From assembly GCA_950097015.1 (NCBI GenBank), contig CATNEN010000024.1:6510001-6574000 (forward strand): a DNA stretch of 64,000 nucleotides. The letters are read 5' to 3'. A model generated the notes under the pieces. It searched no databases and was not told the origin of the DNA. It saw only the letters and a list, made by a program, of their open reading frames with translations. Origin of the DNA: Macrostomum hystrix. Taxonomy: Eukaryota > Animalia > Platyhelminthes. The position numbers and the translations under genes are program-made. Of this stretch, positions 36,784-47,484 are shown piece by piece; within the stretch, counting starts at the first letter, position 1; each line of letters opens with the position of its first letter.

Positions 36784-39700
36784 TCACTTCTTTCCCTTGC
36801 CTTTATTGTTTTTCTTTTTGCCACCCGGCGTGAAGCCGGTAATGTATTTCTTAGAAATCTGGTAGTTCTCGGTCAGCAGTTTGTACAGGTAGGCCAGCTG
36901 ATCGCCCTGCACCGAGACGACCTCGGCACCGCCAACGCCAGCAGCAGCAGAGCCCTGCTGCACACCCGCACTGACAGACAATGCCCGCTGAACCCGCTTG
37001 GCGAACTGGACCGGATCGACACCAAAGTCTGGCAGGCCGGTCAGCAGGCTGACGGACTTGCCCGCCGCCCTGGATTCCACCCGCATTGAAACGCGCGGAG
37101 CGGCGCCCCGCCTCTCCAGCAGGACGGCGCCGTGTTTGTCCAGCACCCGGTAGCCAGGCGTCATGCAGGCTGAGCACACCTTGAGTGAGCACAAGGATGA
37201 GGAAGGAAATTCGCTGATATTGGAATTATAGCAGAAGCTTCTGACTTCTGACCAGGAGGCCGGGAGTTCGATTCTCAGCCCCAGTGAATTTGAAATGAAT
37301 TTGAACACAAAATACATGTGATTACAAAGATAATCACATTTTATGTGTTATAAGATGTGTATCCGTTATAAGACATGTAAATACTGTGATAAGACAAGCG
37401 AATACCGTGATAAGACATGTGAAAATGTGATAAGACATGTCAATACCGTGATAAGACATGTCAATACCGTGATAAGACATGTGAATATCGTGAAAAGACA
37501 TGTCAATACCGTGATAAGACATGTCAATACCGTGATAAGACATGTCAATACCGTGATAAGACATGTCAATACCGTGATAAGACATGTCAATACCGTGATA
37601 AGACAAGCGAATACCGTGATAAGACAAGCGAATACCGTGATAAGACATGTCAATACCGGCTGAACCGGTATTTTGTAAACCCAGATGATTTCTGTGAAAT
37701 TCTGTGAAATTCTGCGCCAATTTGCAGAGCGCCCATGAGGGCTAGCCTCCAAGGCACAGTGAGATAGTGTACACTGCCTGACGATGAAAACGAACCTGAA
37801 ATAGGCGCTCCCACGGCAGCGAGTCCTCAAGGATTGGCCGGCCGCACTGACTGGCCAGTCGGCTCAGCAGGATGTCCAGGGTCACCTCGCCCTGTCGATC
37901 CGGAGACTGCGAAAGAAATATGGAATTTTTTAGGTAGGGGTTAGTGCAGGGGAATATGTGGGAATGGAAGTGGGGAAGATGTTGGGAGTGGGAGTGGGAA
38001 ATGTGTGGGAATGGGAGTGGGAAAGGTGTGGGAATGGGAGTGGGGAAGGTGTGGGAATGGAAATGGGGAAGATGTGGGAGTGGGAGTGGGGAAGATGTGG
38101 AAATGGGAGTGGGGAAGGTGTGGGAATGGTAGTGGGGAAGGTGTGGAAATGGGAGTGGGGAAGATGTGGGAGTGGGAGTGGGGAAGATGTGGAAATGGGA
38201 GTGGGGAAGGTGTGGGAATGGGAGTGGGGAAGATGTGGAAATGGGAGTGGGGAAGGTGTGGGAATGGGAGTGGGGAAGATTTCAGTATGGGAGTGGGGAA
38301 GGTGTGGGAATGGAAATGGGGAAGATGTGGGAATGGGAGTGGGGAAGGTGTGGGAATGGTAGTGGGGAAGGTGTGGGAATGGAAATGGGGAAGATGTCGG
38401 AATGGGAGTGGGGAAGGTGTGGGAATGGAAATGGGGAATTGATGTGGGAGTGGGAGTGGGGAAGATGTGGAAATGGGAGTGGGGAAGATGTGGAAATGGG
38501 AGTGGGGAAGATGTGGGAGTGGGAGTGGGGAAGATGTGGGAGTGGGAGTGGGGAAGATGTGGAAATGGGAGTGGGGAAGGTGTGGGAATGGTAGTGGGGA
38601 AGGTGTGGGAATGGTAGTGGGGAAGGTGTGGGAATGGTAGTGGGGAAGGTGTGGGAATGGAAATGGGGAAGATTTCAGTATGGGAGTGGGGAAGGTGTGG
38701 GAATGGTAGTGGGGAAGGTGTGGGAATGGAAATGGGGAAGGTGTGGGAATGGTAGTGGGGAAGGTGTGGGAATGGAAATGGGGAAGATGTCGGAATGGGA
38801 GTGGGGAAGGTGTGGGAATGGTAGTGGGGAAGGTGTGGGAATGGTAGTGGGGAAGGTGTGGGAATGGTAGTGGGGAAGGTGTGGGAATGGAAATGGGGAA
38901 GATGTGGGAATGGGAGTGGGGAAGGTGTGGGAATGGTAGTGGGGAAGGTGTGGGAATGGAAATGGGGAATTGATGTGGGAGTGGGAGTGGGGAAGATGTG
39001 GAAATGGGAGTGGGGAAGATGTGGAAATGGGAGTGGGGAAGATGTGGGAGTGGGAGTGGGGAAGATGTGGGAGTGGGAGTGGGGAAGATGTGGAAATGGG
39101 AGTGGGGAAGGTGCGGGATCGTTTACCTGCAGTCCCTCCGCCTTGACATACTCGGTGACAAAGTGGCGCAGCTGTTTGGCGGTGAGGCAGCTGCCCTTGA
39201 CGTGGCCCCATCGCTTGAACAGCTCACCGCTGGTTGCGGTGACGAAGAGCGCATCCTCGATGGTCAGCGGGCCTTCTCCGCCAGCTGAGTCGGATTCGGC
39301 AGCAGCAGCTGATGAGCCGATGACTGGCTCGGAGAACATGAGCTCGGGATGGAGATCGGACTGGAGCAGAGGGTGTCGCCAATTGATGGCCACCACGGAC
39401 AGCACGCCTTTGTCGTTGTGCAGCTCCAGCAGGCCGTCGTCTCGCATGGCTTGCATAAAGAGGCCAAACTTTTTATAGCTGGTGGCTTTCAAATTTAGCG
39501 GTTTATTGTGCGAGTAGCGGGACATGTAGTTGGCCAATAGGGAGCTGCATAGCAACGGCAGGTCTTTGTCGCGAATCTTTTGTATCAAAGAGTGCAGCAG
39601 ACAGTTTAGCAGGTGCCGATCAGAGGCCTGCCGAGGATTTTGAGGATTTCAGCTTTTAGGATTGAATATTGAGGATGTGGGCTGTGTAAGTTCAAATTTG

Positions 39701-40575
39701 AGGATCTGGATTAAGGAAACTGGAAACTGGTGGAAACTGATTTATTTTTTCTTCGGGAATATCGAAAACAGTTACGAGTATCACAGAGTACAAGCAGCTG
39801 TGCTCACATCAACCGACGTCTCGGCCTCGCTTTCGCTGGAATTCCCAGCCTCCGCCGGGTCAGCTGCCTCCGCTGAGGCTCCGTCATCGCGACTTAATAA
39901 GGCGGACAAGGCCAACTCGGACACCTTCTCGGACAGCGGCTCAGAAGTGTCCGGAGTTTCTTCCTCAGCGGCTGGACAGGCGCTCTGGTCGCCTTTCTGC
40001 CACAGGTGATCGCCGATCACGTGATCAATCAGGACCGCTTTGCCCCGACCGCCTCCGGCTGCCAATTCAGCCGCGGTGGCGGCGGTCCGGCCGACGGCGA
40101 CAACCGGGCCGCCGGCCAGCCGCACGCAGCAGAGGCCGCCGCGCGACTCGGCCAGCGACTCCGGCAGCGGCGCCAGCAGGCCGGGCGCCATCAGGTCGGC
40201 GCCATTCTGCAGCACAGGCAGCAGGCCGGAGGCGGCCTCGATTCTAATCCGACCGGCCAGCCGGGGGACGCGCCATAGAGCGTAGACGGTGGGGCTCAGC
40301 CGGCCATCGTCGAAGTCGTAGAGTATCGGCTGGCTGGCGGCGAAGTACACGAAGCCGGTCTGCTCAGTGTGGGTGACAATCTTGGACCGGAACAGATCCT
40401 GCTTCCGGTTGCCGCCCAGCAGGCGCACTTCTGCATCGTCAGCGCCACCGCTGTTGGAGGCGGCGAATGCGTCAGGAAAGCGTCGACGAAGCTCGTCCAG
40501 GAGCTGCCGGCGCTCTGTTGACTTCAGTTTGACGTGCGACTTGACCCGGTAGGGCTTGTGGAAGAGGCCGGGCAT
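36784..40575 (-). CDS. EIF2D: Eukaryotic translation initiation factor 2D (ligatin), 591 aa
   Basis: complement(join(36784..37179,37796..37906,39127..39627,39808..40575)) = 1776 nt, all phase 0. N-terminal FHKPYRVKS..K.TERRQL, PTVYALW, PUA-like LQNGADLMAPG, LNLKATSYKK, and a C-terminal SUI1 domain (RAAGKSVSLLTGL..VQGDQ..Y.I.KKYI.G). Confidence 0.92.
37240..37281 (+). mobile_element. Isolated tRNA-like SINE head fragment in eIF2D intron 3
   Basis: GACTTCTGACCAGGAGGCCGGGAGTTCGATTCTCAGC resembles the head of the 34596-34846 copy (GACTTCTCATTGAGAGGTCGTGAGTTCGAATCTCAGC). Confidence 0.45.
37383..37657. repeat. 21-bp minisatellite GTGATAAGACATGTCAATACC in eIF2D intron 3
   Basis: About 13 copies. 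Confidence 0.93.
37950..39118. repeat. G-rich degenerate repeat (TGGGAG/TGGGGAAG/TGGGAA) in eIF2D intron 2
   Basis: Continuous GGG/GGGG runs on the + strand for 1.2 kb. Confidence 0.95.
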
Positions 40576-41384
40576 TGCGCAGCTGCTGCTGAAAGGGATT
40601 TTGATCCCGCTAGCTCGTACAGCTGCATCAATGCATCCGCCCGGCCAAGCAATGAATATGTTTACCCTAGCAACTGTTAACTACTATACCATAAAATGTA
40701 GAAGCACATTGGCCTACCTTAACAACGAAGGATTAGCACCCAGCAACGGGGAATTTACACTAACGACGAAGAAATTACCCCTAGCAACGAGAAATTTACC
40801 ATAACAACCTCAACACAGAAATTCCTATCGGAACATTGGAGGTAAGAGGAGCTAGCAAATATATATTTCACTTGAAATAGCGTAAGTTATCATTGCAATC
40901 GTTGCAATTATTTTATAACTTATCAATTATTATTCTGTATCAGTTATCAAAGATAAAAGATAACATGAAATTTATATACTCGTAGTTTTCATATTAAGTA
41001 TAGTTGAAATGATTTACGGAAAAAATTATATAAAAATTTAAATTTTGCTTCAATGACAATCTATTATTTGAGGTAGAAATGGATATTTAGATCAACAAAG
41101 TTTACAGAAGTTTAACATAAATAAAAATAAGCAAAAAGTCGACAAGTTTACAGTATCATTTAGAGGTTATTGAATAAGATAATTATGCTTGAAAATGCTT
41201 CAGACAACAAAAAGGCTATACAACAAATCTACGAAAAATTAAAAATACAAAAATGACTGTCGTAAGAATCACAATACAACTGCTAAACATTTAGGAGCTT
41301 AAATGCTTTGAAATTGCATAAACTCAATCTCAAACAAAGCTCCTAAATTCTAAGAAAAATTCTAGCTCACTCATAGGGTGCCGA

Positions 41385-42200
41385 AACACCCTCAAGGTCA
41401 TTCATAAGATGACCAAACACCCTCAAGGTCATTCATAAGATGACCAAACACCCTTAAAGTCATTCATAAGGTGACCAAACACCCTCAAGGTCAATCATAA
41501 GATGACCAAACACCCTCAAGGTCATTCATAAGATGACCAAACACCCTCAAGGTCATTCATAAGATGACCAAACACCCTCAAGGTCAATCATAAGATGACC
41601 AAACACCCTCAAGGTCATTCATAAGATGACCAAACACCCTCAAGGTCATTCATAAGATGACCAAACACCCTCAAGGTCAATCATAAGATGACCAAACACC
41701 CTCAAGGTCATTCATAAGATGACCAAACACCCTCAAAGTCATTCATAAGATGACCAAACACCCTCAAAGTCATTCATAAGGTGACCAAACACCCTCAAGG
41801 TCAATCATAATATGACCAAACACCCTCAAAGTCATTCATAAGGTGACCAAACACCCTCAAGGTCAATCATAAGATGACCAAACACCCTCAAAGTCATTCA
41901 TAAGGTGACCAAACACCCTCAAGGTCAATCATAAGATGACCAAACACCCTCAAGGTCATTCATAAGATGACCAAACACCCTCAAGGTCATTCATAAGATG
42001 ACCAAACACCCTCAAGGTCAATCATAAGATGACCAAACACCCTCAAGGTCATTCATAAGATGACCAAACACCCTCAAAGTCATTCATAAGGTGATCAAAC
42101 ACCCTCAAGGTCAATCATAAGATGACCAAACACCCTCAAGGTCATTCATGATATGACGAAACACCGTCAAGGTCAATCATAAGATGATGACCAAACGCCC
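41385..42200. repeat. 31-bp minisatellite AAACACCCTCAAGGTCATTCATAAGATGACC
   Basis: About 26 copies. Each has an internal inverted repeat GGTCAT-7-ATGACC. Confidence 0.95.
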
Positions 42201-42301
42201 ATAAGGTAAGTCATCATTGGGTGCCGAAACACGCACAAAGGAAAAATCCTTGACGACCTGCTGAAGACTTATGGCTTATGGATGCATGCTGATGAAGCCG
42301 A

Positions 42302-43236
42302 TCAATCTCTGCCATCATCCTCACTGGGACAGTAGTGAGAGTACCAGGATAGGAACACATCCCACACAGCAGCCAGGCTGGTTACATAGATCAAGCGCAG
42401 TCTGGTTGGCAGCCAATAGAAATTCACCACTTGCGCGACCGGCCAAACGCAGACTTCAACAGCCAGAGCCGTGGGAAATTTTTCCCGACAATAGGCTACG
42501 CTCTGGCGCAGGGAGCGGCCTTCCATTAGAGGCAGGGCGGTGAAGAATGCCAGATTGAAGGACACTCCAAGGACTGCCTGGTCTAGCAACACCTGGCAAG
42601 AGAGAACATTGTGAGCACTGTCTACGAGTTCTTTGGTAGATGTTCATTGATTTGAATCACCCTCACAGTCACTCAGCTGTCCAGCATCTCCCTCCCAGTC
42701 ACTCAGCTGTCCAGCATCTCCCTCCCAGTCACTCAGCTGTCCAGCATCTCCCTCCCAGTCACTCAGCTGTCCAGCATCTCCCTCCCAGTCACTCAGCTGT
42801 CCAGCATCTCCCTCCCAGTCACTCAGCTGTCCAGCATCTCCCTCCCAGTCACTCAGCTGTCCAGCATCTCCCTCCCAGTCACTCAGCTGTCCAGCATCTC
42901 CCTCCCAGTCACTCAGCTGTCCAGCAAATGCTTCCCAGTCACCTTAGCCACCATGGTCCCGGGAGTGCGGCCTGGCAGGCGTTTGTCCAGAGCCAAGTAC
43001 CAATAGTGAGCCGGAGCAGCAATAGCCAAGCCAAGCAAGCCAAGCCTACCAGAACGGGGCCAGTCGTGCACCTTGGCTTGACTGCTATCAGCATGGCTAC
43101 TGGCAATAGTTTCTAAGCGCTGGGCTACGCAGTCAGCTAGGACAAAGAGGCCGCCAGCTGTGACACAGTTGGTGGCCAACAGGTAGCGTGGTGAATAGGC
43201 AGCTGTTAGCAGCCGCCTTGCTGCAGACTGCCAGCG
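42302..43236 (-). CDS. Mpv17/PMP22-family membrane protein, MPV17L2-like (ATG supplied by an upstream spliced segment)
   Basis: Exons 43236..42943 and 42592..42302, donor AAG|GTGACT, acceptor ccag|GTG. YLLATN..GGL..LAD.VAQ, HYWYLALDK, KVLLDQ, VWP.AQ.VNF..LP..LR..YV motifs. There is no in-frame ATG upstream of the acceptor cattgcag at 43237. Confidence 0.85.
42660..42942. repeat. 30-bp minisatellite in the MPV17L2 intron whose first unit begins at the donor GT
   Basis: Minus-strand unit GTGACTGGGAGGGAGATGCTGGACAGCTGA, about 9.4 copies. Confidence 0.95.
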
Positions 43237-45312
43237 CTGCAATGTGGTAGCAAATTATATAATTCATTTACCTACTAGAGTGAATTTGAAAACTACACTA
43301 TTTTATCTAGCTTTTTGCAAGAATTTTTTGTGCAAAATCCAATTCAAATCAGTGATGAGAATCTATTTGTAATGTAGCTAATGATAAAAAATACTCTAAT
43401 TGAAAGAAAGGAACACAAATAGAAACCATTTTATTACCATCTGTACTAGTGATTAGTGATGTAATAAATTGACACCGTGCTCAGGCGTACATTATTGCAC
43501 TAAATGAAAAGTAAGCAGTGGAGCTCTCACATTATTAAGCAGCAATGTCATAGTTTCCTGCATTGAATTATTTAGACCCATTTTTCTTCATTTTCAGTAA
43601 AAATCATGGCTAGATGACCTCAAGTACCTATACATATTATACTCGTACTACCTGAAAGTAGGGAAAATAGATATGAGAGAAAAGGGGGAGTGAGAGAGTA
43701 GAGTGAAGAGACTGAAATTGAAAAAGAGAGAAAATATGAGTAGAAATTACAATACAACTTTTACAATAGAAGAGTTTTGGCAACTTTCTGTACTGGCTGA
43801 CCTACTAGTATACTGTGTAATACTGTATTTAAGTGTTATGACCTGTTTTACTGTTTTAATAAATTTGCTTTTGTTTGTTTGCCTACAATTAGGGGTCAAA
43901 ATAAATTAATTTGGGAAACTAGGACATCACCCGTTATGTTTAGTAGGCCTAGCTTATACTAGAAAAAAATATACAAAATTATAGGGTCAACAATCAAGCA
44001 TTTATATTTTATACCACTAATAAGCAACCATGCATTTGTTCACTTTGAAATTTTAAGGAAGGATTAATTATAGCAAGGTCATCTGCTAACTTCATTATGT
44101 ACCCTTATATTGCTAAGAAATTACCCACATATGGTAAGAAATTCACTTTTATTTAGTCCTAGGTCTAAGTCAAATTAAATTATATGCTGAACCTTCAGCA
44201 TTTCCTGCTTATCCTATCCTATCCAATTAATAAATTACTTATATTGTCATTTTTTCTTTTTTTAGCTAATAAACTGACTGAGACAAATTGAAATGAAATA
44301 TAGGATAAGATAGGATTGTCATAGCCAGGACTAGGCTAGGCCAAAATAGCTGTTTACAGGCCTAGACAGACTAGTGAAATAAAATGTGAGAAATAACTTA
44401 AAATTGCATGCTTATCCCAATCATTTCAATACATATAGTTAACAGTAGAGTAGGTAGCAACATACATGCGCAACCTCCTAAATCTTAGCTGGTGGTGCAA
44501 CTTAGTTTGCTCTCATTTGCGACTTATTTCATTTCATTGCTCTATTTACAACTTAGTTTGCTCTCATTTGCTCTCTTTTTCTCTCCCATTTTTCCTTTTC
44601 TTCACACCTTCCCTTTTGTCCCTTGGTCCCCCCTTTGATTTCTTTGCTCTTGGTCGATTGGTTTTAGCGACTTACCTTGCTTGGCCCTCGTTTCACCCGG
44701 CCAGTTCAGCCGGGTTGGCCAGGTGTTGCGCATGTATGGGTAGCAAGCATTTTGCTAACAATTGTAGCAGAGCTTACAAATGAACACAGAAGATGCATTA
44801 ACCAAGTTGATGTAATTCAATGCTTCAATAACCACATAACAAGTTTTTATAGTTAGTTAGCTAAATGTCTACACAAATATGGTAGAATATATAAAAAAGT
44901 AAGAGCTTGATTAGATTTAAATCAAAAGTCAATGATGGATCATGTATTTGGTTTTTGGGTCAGTCTTTGGTTTTCTAAGGAGCTAGCTAACCAGGCAGAA
45001 CTTTATTTGGATGTTAAGCTAAGACTAAGTATGTATAATACACATTGTATTCAGGCATTCTGCTTAAAATGTAATACAGGCAAATCTTGCAGATACAAAA
45101 GTACCCAGATGTAAAAATAGGGGCCAATTTTTCGTTAAAAATAAAATAAAACAGAAAATAGTTTGTAAACTAACACATCTAGAGACTAGACCTGGACTAC
45201 GTTAGACAAGCCTAGGCACGGAACAACTATTTAACTAGAACCGACACGAATGAGTTTAAATAAATGCGACACCACGGAATTAGAATGACAATTTACGCTT
45301 AATGAATTTTAA

Positions 45313-45713
45313 CGAGGGCTGTTTTCCAAAAACATCCCGAATGTAACATGCAAAAGTTCGCATATTTATCCTGCGATAACATGTTACCGACTTACCGTGT
45401 TACAGAATTCGAGCATTTCTATGAAAGTAAATCGTGAAAACAAACGTATAATGTAATTTCTATAGTATTCTATAGTATTCTATAGTAGTCTATAGAATTC
45501 TATAGTATTTCTATACATTTCTACATTTCTATTGTACTTTGACAGTTATTTCAAGCCGCTGAAAGTATTCATTAATATAAATTATGTTTTTAATTTATAA
45601 TTTATTATTTTCGTTTATAATAAATTATAATGTAACTGTAACACGGTAACATGTTATCGCAATGATAAATATGCGAACTTTTGCATGCTATATTCGGGAT
45701 GTTTTTGGAAAAC
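45313..45713. mobile_element. MITE with ~80-bp inverted repeats (mariner-like CGAGGG start)
   Basis: 45321-45405 is the near-perfect reverse complement of 45636-45713. AT-rich interior. The right-hand CCCTCG is missing. Confidence 0.7.
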
Positions 45714-45971
45714 AAGGGTAATTTTAACATATCCGCCGGAATTCAGAGTAAGGATGTATGAACATCAATCTACATATAATTCTTGAAAATAGCGCAGACA
45801 CAACGCAAATCATTTTCTCTACAATGTCGAATGCGTCTATATGATGGAGAACCTTCAGTAAAATTTGGAACTGAAATGTATATTTAATGAAAGCTGAATT
45901 TCAGTATTTGCGCATAATCTGGATTTTTCGAAAATCAATAGTTTTCCTGTACTGACTAGATTATTTTTTAT

Positions 45972-46200
45972 GATCAGCTGCAACGCCCGTCCACCATCCT
46001 GCGCCAGCGGCGACTTCGACTAGCGGGCCATGTGATTCGGGCTGAAAATTACTGCCGTCAAACCTGTCCAGGACGTCCTGCTGCTCACCTTGCAGGGCCC
46101 GTTCAGGCGCGGCCAGGCTCGGACCCTCCGCTAAGCGATGCCGGTGCGCCAGACACTGCCAACGGGGCGGACTTTGTTCGCATGTCGCATGCTGGCTCTG
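45972..46200 (+). mobile_element. RTE-like non-LTR retrotransposon 3' ORF remnant (frameshifted)
   Basis: STILRQRRLRLAGHVIRAE, then after a frameshift QPVQDVLLLTLQGPFRRGQART. This matches the post-RT RRLR.AGH..R / G.R.RG motif of RTE-clade elements. Confidence 0.65.
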
Positions 46201-46417
46201 CGTCTTGCGTCCTTTGTTGTTGCCGTTGTTGTTGATCAACGAACGCAGTACTTTAAATGCTCAAAAGAACTCATGGGAGGTGCTGTAAAGTAACAATGAG
46301 TTGTCGCTTAACTCTAGCTTGAGCTTCATGGTTTAAAAAATGTGCTGTTACATATCTTACCAATAAACTAGTGGTAAGAAAATAAAAATATAGATAAGTA
46401 GTTAAAAATCCCACAAT

Positions 46418-46670
46418 AAGCTATCGCTTTCAAAGGAGCTTATGTACGCAGCTGTTCAGTCCGTGGACTGGCGGGAGGCCGCCACACCCACCAAGCTTTC
46501 AACCCGAGCTGATGCTGGCGCCCATTTTACAGCTGGGCGAGCATTGAACATTGGACATTGAACTGAACAGCCGTACGCAGCTTTCAGATTCGCCGCGCAA
46601 TAGCTTAGTCGGCTGCACATGTGGCTCAATCAGGGCAGACAGATTAAGTAAAATAATTTATTTATTGATC
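46418..46670. mobile_element. Two 5'-truncated CORE-SINE pieces in head-to-head orientation
   Basis: 46418-46545 matches the 14880-15010 segment in the same orientation. 46562-46670 matches the 14840-14935 tail in reverse orientation and ends in (TTTA)n. Confidence 0.65.
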
Positions 46671-46837
46671 CAATAGTCTACTCTTTTACACCAAGATGTA
46701 TTCAAGTAAAATCTTTGAATCGTTGCCTTTTCAATTTTGTGTTATGGAGTTATCATTAAGCATTATAGCATTAAGCGCTACTACTAAAGTCAATGTTGCT
46801 TTCCGAACAATAACTCGGCGGCCGGCTGATCAAATGG

Positions 46838-47215
46838 CTACTTGTTGCAACCGTCACGCACGCACACAACCAGACCGTTCGGCTGGTACCAGCGGCGCAC
46901 ACCCTCGTCTGGCGGCTGCGCCGACTGTACGCAGCCGCGCATCACCCGGCCCGCCCTCACAGGCCAGTTGTACAGCTGGCGGACTCCCAGCTCGCCTAGG
47001 CGCGTTAGACGGCCGCGAAAGCAGAACTGCTTGTCGACGTCGCAGTACTCCAGGTTGTCGCTAAGAGCACCGCTCACTTGGTCTAGGCGAGTTACGAAGC
47101 AGCGCCTGTTTGAAGCGGTCGCAATCTCGTAGTTGCAGAAGCCGATGAGCAGGACGGTCACAATGGCAGCTGTGGCCCTTGGTAATAGCAGCCGAATCCT
47201 GCCACCCAAGTTCAT
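46838..47215 (-). CDS. Small secreted three-finger/Ly6-uPAR-like protein, 125 aa
   Basis: ATG-started GC-rich ORF with a hydrophobic signal-like N-terminus. The mature part has 6 Cys and ends CVRDGCNK, a terminal C-x4-C-N motif. No recognisable orthologue. Confidence 0.55.
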   Translation of the reverse strand: MNLGGRIRLLLPRATAAIVTVLLIGFCNYEIATASNRRCFVTRLDQVSGALSDNLEYCDVDKQFCFRGRLTRLGELGVRQLYNWPVRAGRVMRGCVQSAQPPDEGVRRWYQPNGLVVCVRDGCNK

Positions 47216-47484
47216 ACAAAAGGAGCATTAAAGCTCATCATCATTATGTTTCTATTATTAGACTGGACGCACTGGCTAACCTGGCTCATTACCTGGCTAG
47301 CAATTAGTAGCCTTCACTGTTCAAATATGGCTATTCAAGTTTTTTTTCCGAGATCCCCTTCGTGCTTTTATGCATCGTACTTATTCACTGAGTGACCGAG
47401 TGCACTCTCCTCTAGCTCTCCCATCAGAGTTAGTGCAGCAGCTCTCACGCGATCTTTAAGGATACTTTGCACAGCCAGTATATT

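Noticed and set aside
37930-39588. 552-aa ORF with a P/H/F/T-rich tail
   Set aside because: It is eIF2D exon 2 reading through the CAG|GTAAAC donor into the intronic repeat. The spliced model restores the eIF2D domains.
41385-42200. CRISPR-like palindromic 31-bp repeats (also the 30-34 bp arrays)
   Set aside because: Units are contiguous with no unique spacers, there are no cas genes, and the context is eukaryotic.
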